From: Leucoraja ocellata | Lineage: Eukaryota | Reading direction: 5' to 3' | Assembly: GCA_036785375.1 (NCBI GenBank) | Contig: JAWMAR010000200.1 | Coordinates: forward strand, 1,612,001-1,676,000 | Length of the DNA: 64,000 nt | Shown: positions 24,000 to 36,100 of the stretch, one piece after another | How the letters are laid out: the number at the start of each line of letters is the position of its first letter | How positions within the stretch are numbered: position 1 is the first letter of the stretch | The notes under the pieces: model-generated | Told to the model about the DNA's origin: nothing | Databases searched by the model: none | What the model saw: only the letters and a program-made list of their open reading frames with translations | Position numbers and translations under genes: made by a program

Positions 24000-24244
24000 T
24001 TAAAATCTACGCTAAAAAATTTCCATTCCGAAGACCGACAAATTCCAAATTACGAAAAGTGTCTGGTCCCAAGGCTGTCGGATAAAAGGTTGTGCACCTG
24101 TATATTTAGAATATTTTTTAAATAGTGTTTTTTAATCGTTGTATGCCTGTTTGCACACCATTTATTCTTGTTGGTGTTGATGACAATTAAACAGACTTTC
24201 AGAGCTCTCTTAATGTTGACACAAGGTTGTCATATGAAAGTAAG

Positions 24245-24462
24245 TACGTGGTGAATGTGGGGAATACTTTGTCACAGAAGGCTGTGGAGGCAAAGTCAGT
24301 GGATATATTTAAGGCAGAGATTGATAGATTCTTGATTAATATGGATGTTAGAGGTTATGGGAAGAGGGCAGAAGAAAGGGGTCAGGAGGGAGGGATAGAT
24401 CAGCCATGATTGAATGGTGGCGTAGACGATGGGCTGAATGGCCTAATACTACTCCTATCACA
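24245..24462 (+). mobile_element. CR1-type LINE 3' end
   Basis: QKAVEAKSVDIFKAEIDRFL..VRGYG plus tail. Confidence 0.85.
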
Positions 24463-24576
24463 TGATCAAACAACTGGAAGTATAACTGAAATAAAGTGAG
24501 GCAGACAGTACTGCTTTTACACATTATGGCTTCCATCAGAACTCTGAAGGCTGTTTTGGTAACAGGGCTGACTCTC

Positions 24577-24610
24577 AGTCTGAAGAAGGGTCTCGACTTG
24601 AAACGTCACC
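24577..24610 (+). ncRNA. Minimal hammerhead ribozyme-like motif; the host repeat resumes at ~24882-24990
   Basis: agt-CTGAAGA-a-gggtc-tc-gactt-GAAAC-GTC-acc. Confidence 0.5.
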
Positions 24611-24880
24611 TCAATATCAATATCAGTTGTATTAGTCACTTACACATAAAGTGCAAGTGAAATGAATTTGTCAGCAATGGTACAATGAAAAAAGAACACA
24701 CAAAAACACAATAAAAATGTAACACAAACATCCACCACAGCATTCATCACAGTGGTGGAAGGCGCACAATTTGGCCAGTCCTCCTGCATTTTCCCCCGTG
24801 GTCTGGACCTCAACCCTCCGCAGCCGCTGCTGCGGGCGTCCAGATGTGTAGACATGGTAAAGTCCAGATAAAGAGACCCA
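24611..24880 (-). mobile_element. Truncated Rex1-tailed non-autonomous element inserted into the hammerhead repeat
   Basis: Minus strand gccttccaccactgtgatg...gtggtggatg, then atttcacttgcactttatgtgtaagtgactaata(gatatt)n. Confidence 0.6.
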
Positions 24881-26507
24881 CCCCTTTTCTCCAGAAATGC
24901 TGCTTGACCCGCTGAGTAATCCAGTTTTTTGTATCTGCCCACCACAGATGCTGCCTGACTGTTGTGTTCCACCAGCACTTTGTGTTTTGCTCACTATGCA
25001 CAGCACATTTGACTGTAGCATGTAGGTTTCAATGACGTGTGTATTTCACATGGCGTCCAGCACTGGTCCACTCACCTGCTGCAGTTGTCTCCTTAAAACA
25101 AATACGATTTTATTGTATAAAATAATGTTTGTTGTTCCCACAGCCGCACAATACGGTTGACTGGAGTTCACTATTTCTGCCTCTTTTGTGTTGTACCCCC
25201 TATCATTAAGTCACACTTAACGTTAATGTTTCATCAGCTTTCCACAGAGAATTTGTGTTCAGCTCCATTTATTTCCAAGCATGTGGCTGTTTCTTGCATC
25301 TTTAACTTCTCATTTCTAATGGCATTTTTAAAATACTATTTTAATGAATATATGCATCATATCGTAAAATTCTACATTTCATTTGCTTGTGATGTGAGCG
25401 ATAATATCAAACCATTAAGTAAATGTGTTTCAAAATATCAGAATCAATGGAATAAAGAAAAGCTGTCAGTCTGAATACCATGTCTACGTTATATCCAAAA
25501 CATATGCCATATTTTATGATGGATGAACTTAAAACTTCTAGACTTCTTGTGGGAAGGGCGTGAATTGTGATCCTTAGTACACTTTAATTAAACTAATTCG
25601 CTAAAAAAGTTAACTTCCGTTGGCAGTTACTCATGGCTATTTTGGCCTGATGCACAGTTAGCTCAAGTTAAGGTAACATTCAACTATCATGACGTCTTGC
25701 GTTTTGTGTATATATCCGAGCAAGTGATTGTGGAACTCAACCTCTTATCCCTTGGAACCACAGTTAAATATTTTGTTCGGTGAGGTTGATGCGCTGGTTG
25801 AAGACGGGCATGGCCAATTCATCTTGTGTGAAAAGCACCAACTCCACGGAACATGGTCAAGGAGCAGAGGGGCTGAATTCCATTTCTTGCCATTCAGAGA
25901 ATGCTCATTTTGTTATATCTGAGCAGTTTTTATTCATTCTTGCCTCGTTATTTTCACGGTCATCAAAAAATATTATTCACATTGATCAACATCGCATTGT
26001 TGAATTAATTCTGCAAACCCTAGTTTTGGAGCAGCAAATTATTCTATTCTTAGGGAAGAATGTTTTGATCTTCAAAATGTTTACATTTGACACATTTGTC
26101 AGAATTTAAAAAAAAATACACTTTGTTCATCCTGAGTTGCAGGACAGAGAGTACATAATGTCCTGGATGAGTAAAAGTCTTATGGAGTCAGGTGTTTAGA
26201 AAGGAGAAATTGAGTACCAGCAAAAATTTAATCCACTGCAAAAATTAAAAATTAAATTAAAACTGTGGATAGCATTTGGCGACATCGCTCAAATATAAAA
26301 AAACCTTAAATCTGTGATATTTTATCACTGCAACCGGTAATATTTGCACAGTTTATGAAATATAATGAAAAATGTCGACTTAGTCTAACTAGTATAGTCC
26401 TGTCCATGCAAAATATATGTAGCAAATCCTTCATCCGCACATTGAAGAACAGCATTGCAGAACATCATGGAGCTAGAGGAGCTTCTTTTTGTATTGGTGT
26501 TGATGTG

Positions 26508-26795
26508 TTATTGTCACGTGTACAGAGATACAATGTATTGTTTGATTGCAATCCAATTAAATCAGATCATACTATACATGTGTACAATCAAACTGTACAC
26601 AAGTACAACAGGTAATGCAAACAAAAGCATATATCAGGGTGCAGAATGATCCAGCATTGTAGTGTTACAGTTACAGTGAAAAAATCAAATGACCACAACA
26701 GACATTGTACCTTATGGATGGACCATTCGGTAACCTGTTAACAGAGAGGAAGAAAGTGTTTCCGAGTTTGGTGGTAAGTACTTTCAAGCTTTTGT
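26508..26795 (-). mobile_element. Degenerate Rex1-type 3' end
   Basis: Minus strand SLKVLTTKLGNTFFLSVNRL and tail gtacacgtgacaataa. Confidence 0.55.
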
Positions 26796-27184
26796 TAGGA
26801 ATGGTGCGTGGAAAGAGAACAATCAATTAGCTTTTTCAGTCCAAGTGATGTTTTTAAACTTACCATACTTCTCATATTGAATGATTCCTGAGTTTTACCT
26901 TGACGAGATGGAAGAACTCAGTAACAAATGGGATGGCAAACAAACATAAGGAAGGGGAGCTCTGCCATTCACTTCCCTCGCCTCAACTCCACGGTTCTCC
27001 CCAGCCTCCACATCTCTTGATTCGACAAGTCTCGGCCTGGAATATACTTAATGGTTCAAGTATATTGGAACAAGTCTGGATTCTTAAGAGGCTTTTGAAA
27101 GAAGGAAGGCAAAAAGATTTATGCACAGGTTTATGGAGCAGACCTTTGCTGTTTAAGACTCGATCTCCAGCGTATTGTTGTGCG

Positions 27185-27405
27185 TCAGAGAGTTGTGAGT
27201 CTGTGGAATTCTCTGCCTCAGAGGGTGGTGGAGGCCTGTTCTCTGGATGCTTTCAAGAGAGAGCTTGATAGCGCTCTTAAGGATATGGGGATATGGGGAA
27301 AAGGCAGGAACAGGGTACTGATTGGGGATGATCAGCCATGATCACATTGAATGGCAGTGCTGGCTCGAAGGGCCGAATTGCCTACTCCAGCACCTATTGT
27401 CTATT
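27185..27405 (+). mobile_element. CR1-type LINE 3' end
   Basis: QRVVSLWNSLPQRVVE plus ctattgtctatt tail. Confidence 0.88.
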
Positions 27406-28514
27406 GCCACACTAAGCTATCTGCTATTATGTTACCCATTGGGATTTTACACTTGATTGTATTCACCAATAACGTTTAGCTCAGTGGCAATTGTCGATTA
27501 TAATAAGCACCTACTGAGTTCCATTTTCGGATGCCTGTTTGTATTCCTACTGAGAGTTTAATAATCATTTGTTCCAAATTCACAAATGACAGTACACAAA
27601 TGTGGAGGGTAAAATAGGGAATGCTAATAGTAGAAATAAAAGTTAGAAGCAGAATTAAATGTACGTAATTCTGTTCTGGTGGTCAACGTAATGATGCTTA
27701 TTCTTTGGCTTTTCCCGAAATTACATGGTGAGTTTGGATTCCCTAATTACCACAACAATAAAGCTATGCATGTTTCCACAGGTGAGGTCCCCGATGAATA
27801 GAGGGTAACCAGTGTTATTCCTTTGTTTAAGAATGGAAGTAGGGAATAATCCAGGAAATTATATGTCTGTGAGCATCACATCAGTGCCAGAGAAACTTTT
27901 GGAGAAGATTCTTAGTGATAGGATTTACTTGCAAATGGACAAACAGGTGCTTATTTGTGATGGGTATTATGGCTTTGTGGAGAGAGATTTTGTCTAAAAC
28001 ACTTGATTATGGTTTTTGAGGAAGTGACGGGGATAATTGACGAGTGTAGGACAGTGGATGTTATCTCTATGGGTTTAGGTAAGGCATTTGACAAGGTCCC
28101 ATACAGTAGGCTGATCTGGAAGATTAAGATTCATGGGAGAGGATTGTATTCAGGCAGATTTGGTTCATGATTGGGGAAGGAATGGAGGGCTAATGGGCCC
28201 GTATCTGTGCAGTACTTTTCTACGGTCCAAGAGTATATCATAATTTCATGGTGACTTGGTTATTGAGATTCCAAATTGGCTTGGCCTTAGAAGAAAGAGG
28301 GGATATATATTATATATATATATATAACCTATCAAAGCAGGCTTTTGATCAGTTGCAATTATAGGTGGTGAAATACGAGACGGTGTTTAATGTAGAGAAA
28401 GGTGAGTTGTTGCACTTTGGGATATCAGATGTCAGTAGAAGATATACATCGACTGGCAGGACTTAGGATCATTAATAAACAAAGGGATCTTGGTGTCCCA
28501 GTCCATAGCTCTTT

Positions 28515-29265
28515 GATTAGATTAGATTAGATTAGATTAGATTAGATTCGTTTATTGTCATTCAGACCTTTCAGTCTGAACGAAATTTTGTTTCCCTGCA
28601 GTCATACATATAATTTAAAAAATGACAAAAACACACAATCAACACAAATTTAACAGAGGGAGAACAAAGAGGGAAGAGACAGAGAACTTAAGATTTTGCC
28701 TTCCACCACAGTGAGGAGGTGTTTGGTGAACTCACTGTGGTGGAAGGCAAAATCTTAAGTTCTCTGTCTCTTCCCTCTTTGTTCTCCCTCTGCGCCGAGG
28801 CGACGGCTCAAACTCCGCGGGTGGTCGCTGCCTCCGCCACAGCTCCAGGACCGAGTCGGGTCTCCGCTGCTGCTGCTGCTGCCGCCGCCGCCGCCACAGC
28901 TCCATGGCCGAGCCGGGTCCCCGATGCTGCTGCCGCCGCTACAGCTTCGGGGCCGAGTCGGGTCTCCGCCGCTGCTGCTGCCGCCGCCACAGCTCCAGGA
29001 CCGAGTCGGGCCTCCGCCGCTGCTGCCACAGCTCCGATGCCGCCAGCTCCGCCATTAGGCCTCGGCGCAGACGGAGACGGGGATGGGGAATACAACCGAA
29101 GAAAAAGTCGCATCCCCCGAAGGAAGAGACCAAAGCAAGTTTCTCCCACCCCACCCACACACATATACAACTTAATAAAACAAAATTAACTAAAACATGA
29201 CAAGGAACAAAAGAAAAAAAACAGACGGACTGCAGGTGGGCCACAGCTGTTAAGCCAGCGCCACC
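28515..29265 (-). mobile_element. Non-autonomous GC-rich Rex1-tailed element with internal GCC/GCT minisatellite and a 62-bp perfect inverted repeat
   Basis: (TCTAA)n tail, atttcgttcagactgaaaggtctgaatgacaataaa, 5' hairpin at 29085-29118. Confidence 0.7.
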
Positions 29266-29815
29266 AACATATGTGGAAAAGAACGTGAAAAAGGCATATG
29301 ACATATTGGTAGGGACAATTAACATGAGGGTCAGGAAGTCATGTTGCAGCTGTATAAAACTTTGATAAGCCCACATTTAAGATATTGTGCAGTACTTGTC
29401 GATCCACTCCAAGAAACATGTGGAGGCTTTGCAGAAAACCAGGATGCTGCCTGGATTAGAGTATTAGCTATCGGGAGAGGTTAAACTAACTTGAATTGTT
29501 TTCTCTGGAGTGTCAGAGAAAAGACCTGATAGAAATATATAAAATTGTGAGGGACTTAGATAGGGTAGAAAATCAGAGTTTTATTCCAGACTCAATATGT
29601 CAATCACTAGTTTGCATAGCTTTAAGATGTAAGGAGAGAAGTTTAAATTGGTGTGTGGGGCAATTATATTACAAAGAGCTCGGGTAAGTGCCTAGAATGC
29701 TTTGCCAGTGGTGGGAGTAGAGGAGCGGTTGGTAGTAATGGCAATTAACAGGCATTTAGACAATCAAATGAACATGGAGAGGACCGTGTTCAGACAGATG
29801 TGGTTGATTTGGCTC

Positions 29816-30129
29816 AGTTTAGAGATACAGCACGGAAACATGCCCTTCGGCCCACCAAGTCTGTGCTGACCAGCCATCCTCGTACATTAAAACCATCCTA
29901 CACACACAAGAGACAATGTACACAATGTACACCAAGCCAATGAACCGACATACCTGCACGTCTTTGGAGTGTGGGAGGAAGCTGAAGATCTCGGAGAAAA
30001 TCCACGCGGTCACATGGAGAATGTTGTGTACAAACTCCGTACAGACAGCACCCATAGTCGGGATTCAACCCCGGTCTCCAGCCCTGCTAGCGCTGTAAGG
30101 CAGCAACTCTACAGCTGCATCACCATGCC
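29816..30129 (-). mobile_element. V-SINE (HE1-like), near full length
   Basis: Head ggcatggtgatgcagctgtagagttgctgccttacagc, B box gggttgaatcc, tail. Confidence 0.85.
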
Positions 30130-30909
30130 AGTTGCATGAGGGACTTCATGGAAGTCCTTCATGGCTGGGACAGGAACGGAGGGCTAAATGCCCGTATCTG
30201 TACGGTACTGTGCTACGTTCCAAGAGTATATGATAATTTTATTTACAGAGGCCAGGTCGTGATTTTCATAATTTGGCCTCGATAAATGACATCATCAAAT
30301 ATTCTTGGAACAGGGAAGGATTTATGTGCTACTGTCTGCTGAAGCTGCTTCTGTTTCCTTTGGGAGATGAAAGGATAATATCCAAACTTATTTTTCCTAT
30401 TTTGCTCACCAGATATTTCACTTTTCTTGAATTAACATCAAGTAATGCTCGAAATACGGTAACTTGGGAAACACCTGTGGACGCAGAAACGGAGATAATG
30501 TTCCAGGTTTATAATATTTCATAAGAATCAGGAAAACCTCTGAACAACTAAGTTTTGGGGGGGTTTTGGGTCTCTAAAAAAGTAAAGTATTTTTGGAGAC
30601 TTGATTATAAAAGTCTCTTGGATCAAGACTTGAGTGGTGATCTCTTTGAGACATCAGATCCTGAGAGGGATTAATGGTGAAGAAGCTACAAGACAAACCT
30701 TGAACTGTAGGTTAAGAGTTAGAGGTCAGGCATTGAAAGTGAGATGAGGATGAATTGTTTCCCTGAGGTACATGAATCTTTGGTATTCAGATGCCCAAAC
30801 AGCTGTGTATGCTGAGCGACCGAGAGCTGAGAAGATATCTCACTTCTGGCCAATGTGGATGGATATAAGATGAGCCAACATCTTCATTGAGACGTGCAGG
30901 TTTAAGCTA

Positions 30910-31205
30910 TGTAGTAAAACTGGGTGGTGATGCCATAAGGAAAGAAAAGGCTGGTGAGTCTAGTGGAGGCACAATGGGTTCAGCAGAACGATGGTCCAAT
31001 AATGAATTCATTGTTGAGACTGGAGAGGCATAATGTCCCAAGTTGAAAGATGAGATGATGGAGTGCAGGAGGCTAAGAACTGTGATGTCCATGTATGAGG
31101 CAGTTAAGGAGCTAAAGTGACACATGGCCAGGGGCATGGAGCCATGCCTTTGAACTAAATGAAGACATTCTGCAAAGTGGTCACCCACTATATCTTTAAT
31201 CTCCC
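30910..31205 (-). pseudogene. Old Penelope GIY-YIG C-terminal fragment
   Basis: IGEIKD.VGDHFAECL...HF, similar to IGETKHRLGDCFAEHL at ~34800. Confidence 0.55.
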
Positions 31206-31696
31206 CAATTCAGGATTTGTGTTTTCTTTGCTGCCCTTGCAGGCTGTGTGATAAAGGATAAAGTATGCTGACTATGGATGCTGATGCAAAGAATGTAATC
31301 TTGCGTGCCAGAATTCAAAAGCCGTCATAAACAAATCTTTGGCTGCGACAGATTGCAGTAGCACTTTGAATTTCACTGCGTGAAATAAGAATTCAACATT
31401 GGAATTTATTATAAATGAAGGCTCTAGTTATTTAGGCATCACAATTTCATCCCACTCACCATGACAGATTTTCATTTAGTCACTTAACTTTGCTTTACAG
31501 AACAATGGGCAATAAAAGTTCACTCTTAATTTAGCACAGAAGAGTTATTTCATTGCATCTCAGAGTATTCTAATCAATCTGGGGTCAGGTTTTAGTAACA
31601 CAGAAAGCTGAACATCACTGGAATAGTTAGGCATCATTTCCCGTTCTTGTTTATCGTTTGTTCAATATTTGTCATTGAATTGTAAAAATTAAGTGG

Positions 31697-31972
31697 TTTA
31701 TAGATGCAGCATGGAACAGCCCCTTCGGCCCACCAAGTCCAGGCCGACCCATTAACACGAGTTCTATCTTATCCCATTCTTGCCCTACACACTTGGTGTA
31801 ATTTATAGAGGCCAATTAACCTACAAACCCACAAGTCTTTGGGATGTGGGAGGAATCCAGAGCACCCAGAGGAAACTCACGCAGTCACATGAAGAACATG
31901 CAAACTCCGCGCAGACAGCACCCAAGGTCAGGATCGAACCTGGGTCTGGTGCTGTGAGGTAGCAGTTGTACC
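31697..31972 (-). mobile_element. V-SINE (HE1-like)
   Basis: B box ggttcgatcc, ggagtttgcatgttctt core, tail. Confidence 0.8.
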
Positions 31973-32911
31973 ATCATTTAAGCATGTAGCCCCATTCACC
32001 TCTTCAGGATCTCACATTAGAGCAGGCACAGTTAACCTAATTATGGACAAATAATGCATCTGTTTTCAATGGTGGTTGGTTAAATACTTTTAGTATCCTA
32101 ATCTTTTTATTTAAGTAGCTCTTTTTTAAAAATTCCTTCTTGCTTTTAAACAGTTTTTAAGTGTCTTTGAATATCAGACATATTTGGAAACTTTCAAAGT
32201 CCTTTGCCAGATTCTAGAATTGACCAAGCCATTGCTGCGACTCATCTGCCTACCAAGGCTTATGTTCTCCTCCTCTCTGTTGTTCTGCAAACATGGCTTG
32301 CTCCATCCTCTCCACATGCTGGGCTCATGTTGCACAAGGCCCTGCTGCTGCGCAGGCCCTCACTGTTTTTGACAAGTTATCAGACAACTTGTGACAGCAA
32401 GCCAATGTTAGGAGGACCAAAAGAGATGTTCCTACTTGCCTTCCCTGTCAGCAGCGAGCACAGGTCATTCATTGATGGAAATGTGCTTTGACCACTATTG
32501 CTGCAGAGTTTGTAATCATTGAGGGAAAGTCAAACTGCCATCTCTTATTACAATTCGGAAAGGACAATAAAACTAGACGGAGGCATCACAATCTCCCCAG
32601 CATCGTTTTATTTAAGTGCAATACCCTGTTATACATCAGAAAATGCTGGAAATACACAGCAGGCCAGGTAGCATACATGGGGGGATACTCAGAGTAAACA
32701 TTTAGACTCTTGTTGCGTGGATTTGGAAGAGTGTGGTTAGATGAAAGAAGATTAGACCTTGCAATACCTAACACATTTTAAAACTGTTAAAAAAAACTTG
32801 ATTGCTTAAATTTTTTTTTTTTTTTAATAGTTCCTATTAAAGCAAATATTAAGCTCTGTGTAGTCCCACCTTGATAATACTGCCCACATCCAAGCATTAT
32901 CAGTTTTCAAA

Positions 32912-33150
32912 AATAGACGCAAAGTGCTGGAGTAACTTAGGGGTGAGCCAAGATCTCTGGAGGACATGGATAGGCAACATTTCGGGTCTTCTTCAGAATT
33001 ATAGTTGTGCAAGACTGCAACTTCTTTCTGAAGAAGGGTCCCGGCCCGAAATGTTGCCTATCCATTTCCACCAGCGATGCTGCCTGAACTGCGGAGTTAC
33101 TGCAGCACTTTGTGTCTATTTTTGTCAACCAGCATCTGCAGTTCCTTTTG
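32912..33150. mobile_element. Inverted pair of Penelope-derived hammerhead units
   Basis: Minus unit ending ttcttcag (~32996); plus unit CTGAAGAagggtcccggcccGAAAtgtt from 33028. Confidence 0.75.
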
Positions 33151-34392
33151 TTTATCATCAGCTATAATCAAATTAGGTGTTTTGTAAGGCATAAAATTAG
33201 CTTAATTATCCACAGGCCTTGAATATATACAGCTTTTAAAATCTCAACAACTAGAATTGCTAGAATCAGTAAATTATAATTATAGTTGGACAAGAGTGAA
33301 ATTTACTTCCATCTTTGAGAATGGAAAATTTGCTTGACTGAAACACAGATCGTGATTTTGGGGCTCAAATTCTCACATTTGACAAGATTTTTAATCGAAA
33401 GGGAAAAGCATTTTGTTTTAAATCCACCTCGGCCTCATTTAGATATTTGGAGAGCAAGTCATGTATCCACATTCAAGCCTTCCTTTATCAAAGCACAAGC
33501 AGAGCTGACTCTGAAAGAGGACAAATAACATATCAAAATGCCACAAGTGCTTTCACAACCACATAAATCATTTCAGGAGGGTCACAATAAATGCATACTT
33601 TGCAAATATATTGCACTTTGTAATAGCACGGTAATGTTTGTCCCATAAAATTAAAACACTTTTTTTTAGAGGATTATGTTATCTGTTTTATATGACAACA
33701 TGACATATCGTGGCCCAGTCCAAAAGAAATGTTGAAGTGGATTTCATCTTGCAGGCAGGCATAACATTTGTTCCGTCTACTAGCACATTGCAATATTTTT
33801 TGCAGTCAGTTTTTTTTAATGCTGTTTTTCTTCAAATGATATATTTGCACATTACGGAATTTTCTTGTGAATGGAAGTATTCAGTTCATTAACGCACATC
33901 TGTTCTATACTGTTTGTCTGTTAATTTTGTTTTTTTGTGCTTTTGTGCACAGCTTTTGGGAAATACAAATGGCCATGTTTTCATGTTTTCCCCAGCTTTG
34001 TTTTATGTTGCCAAACAGCTTTTACTGTAATCCCAAAGTGCATGTAAACAAGTTCAAATCAGGGAATTCATCAAAATAAATGAACAAAGTTGAATGGAAA
34101 TGAAAATTGTTAGATATTGTTCTCTTTAAGGTCTATTGGTTTAAATGAAAAGTAAATGGAGTGAAAAGTTTGTCATTTTGTGCTGTGTAAATTTATACTC
34201 GTGGGGGGTGGAGGGGGGAGGGGGGGGGGGAATGACAAAGATGAGGAAAGCGATTTGAAGTCTTCACTGTATTAAGCTATGAAAATGATATATTTTTTGC
34301 AATGGTCCAGCAGAACAAACCGTTACATTTTATTTTAAACTCAACTTGCATTTCCATATACTAATTTTCAAGGAACAAGCTGCCAGAGGAGG

Positions 34393-34995
34393 TAGGTAGA
34401 CACAAAATGCTTGAGTAACTCAGCAGGACAGGCAGCATCTCTGGAGCGAAGGAATGGGTGATGTTTTGGTTTGAAACCCTTCTTCAGCCTGATGTCAGGG
34501 GAGTGTGCAGTACAGAGATAGAATGTAGTCGGAGACAGTAAGACTGGTGGGAGAACTGGGAAGGGGGAGGGGATGGAGAGAGAGGGAAAGCAAGGGCTAT
34601 TTGAAGTTAGAGAAGTCAATGTTTATACCGCTGGGGTGTAAGCTACCCAAGTGAAATATGAGGTGCTGTTCCTCCAATTTGCACTGGGCCACACTCTGAC
34701 AATGGAGGAGGCCCAGGTCAGATTGGGAATGGGAGGGGAAGTTAAAGTGCTGAGCAGTAGGTTAAGGCGGACTGAGCAGAGGTGTTCAGCGAAACAATCG
34801 CCGAGCCTGTGCTTGGTCTCGCCGATGTACAGGAGTTGACACCTGGAACAGCGGATACAGTAGATGAGGTTGGAAGAGTTGCAAGTGAATCTCTGCCTCA
34901 CCTGAAAAGACTGTTGGGGTCCTTAGATGGAGTCGAGTAGGGAGGTAAAGGGACAGGTGTTGTGTTCACTTGCACCTCCTCCAACCTCATCTACT
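34393..34995 (-). pseudogene. Penelope-like element 3' part: GIY-YIG endonuclease end, 3' UTR and hammerhead repeat
   Basis: FTCNSSNLIYCIRCSRCQLLYIGETKHRLGDCFAEHL (GIY-YIG with CxxC); hammerhead-like core at ~34457-34488; short inverted copy of FTCTSSNLIY at ~34964-34995. Confidence 0.88.
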
Positions 34996-35009
34996 TTAAC
35001 ACCCCCTCC

Positions 35010-35195
35010 CCCTGTGACTGCGTAGGCAGGTTTGTGGATTCATTGGCCTCTGTAAATTTCCCCCTAATGTGTTGGGATTGGATGAGAAAGTGGGATAACA
35101 TAGAACTAGTGCGGATGGGTGATCGATCGATCGTTGTGTGCACTCGTTGGGCCGAAGGTTCTGTTTCCATGCTGTATCTCAAACTAAAACTAAAG
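35010..35195 (+). mobile_element. V-SINE 3' part
   Basis: tail gggccgaaggttctgtttccatgctgtatctc(aaact)n. Confidence 0.7.
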
Positions 35196-36100
35196 ACTTA
35201 ACAGCTCTGGAGTACTCAAGGACATGAGCATTTCCATTTTGCCCTTAGAGAAATGCTGATGTTACTGATGCCAGCACCTTCCAAAGGCAAACACTTTGTA
35301 GGACAGAATGCTTTATTGCAATTGCCTTCTCCCTTCTTATGCTTACCATATGGTTAATTTAGCTATGAGAAAAAAAAACATGACATTGTTCACATATTTT
35401 CAAAGGCTGAATGAGTGTGTATGTCTCTTGCTAGATTTTAATTTTTTAATCCAGGTTGATGGTTAATTTCTTGTGTTGTTCAATGCAACCATTGTCCGTG
35501 CTTGAGTGCAACAGAAACACAAATAGCTGATAATATAATGAAACTCTTTAAAAAAAAAAGCTGTTTCGATCAGATGAGTACAGTGTGTTTTAGTTTGAGA
35601 TTTTATCCAGAATATATATTTTTAGTGCAAAGAATACAAGTGTTTCAGGTGTAAGCCACAGGGGATTATTCAAAGGACACATTTTGTTTGGTGACTGAAT
35701 ACTTGCTCTTGGCATTGTTATAGTGAAGCACTTAGTTGGCTTAATGGAGAACAGCTGGTGTTCTATGGATATAATCACTCTGAAAACAAGCAAAAAGTTT
35801 TAGTATACTTTGTCAAATCTATCTGAATAACTTCCAGTATAAAGATCCAAACGCATTTAGTTTTGTTCGTTGCACAAATGAAACTATAAAATAACTTTCT
35901 GAGCATGTTTTATAATGTTTTTACCGGAATGTTCATTGTAAAGACATTGAAACATGTTGTGCTTCATAAAACAGTGATTTGAAGGTATTCATGCTCGAGA
36001 AAGTCTTGTTCTTGTCATGGATTCCAACATTTTTATAACGGTATTATTTAAGAGGATGATTGTGAGCTCACTGGGTTACAGAATAGTTGCAGCATGGAAG

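Larger units (their letters stand above)
21690..24100. mobile_element. Non-autonomous Tc1/mariner (pogo/Tigger-like) DNA transposon, 2411 bp
   Basis: Perfect 23-bp TIRs CAGGTGCACAACCTTTTATCCGA (21690-21712 / 24078-24100) with TA on both sides; no transposase ORF. Confidence 0.9.
27777..30220 (+). pseudogene. Long decayed CR1-type LINE (RT to 3' end), interrupted by two younger insertions
   Basis: GEVP, NNPGNYMSVSITS, KAFDKVP, IPNWL, LHFG, DLGV, LQLYKTLISPHL, DLIEIYKI in collinear order. Confidence 0.8.

Noticed and set aside
25728-26109. Overlapping ORFs in unique sequence that could be a host exon
   Set aside because: No recognisable protein similarity in the frames examined and no convincing splice-site pair
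28719-29376. Poly-alanine ORFs resembling a transcription-factor exon
   Set aside because: They lie in the GCC/GCT minisatellite of a mobile element nested in CR1, with no splice or domain support
32184-32491. 95-aa ORF after a tttgccag acceptor-like site
   Set aside because: No recognisable domain or good donor site; cannot be supported without RNA data
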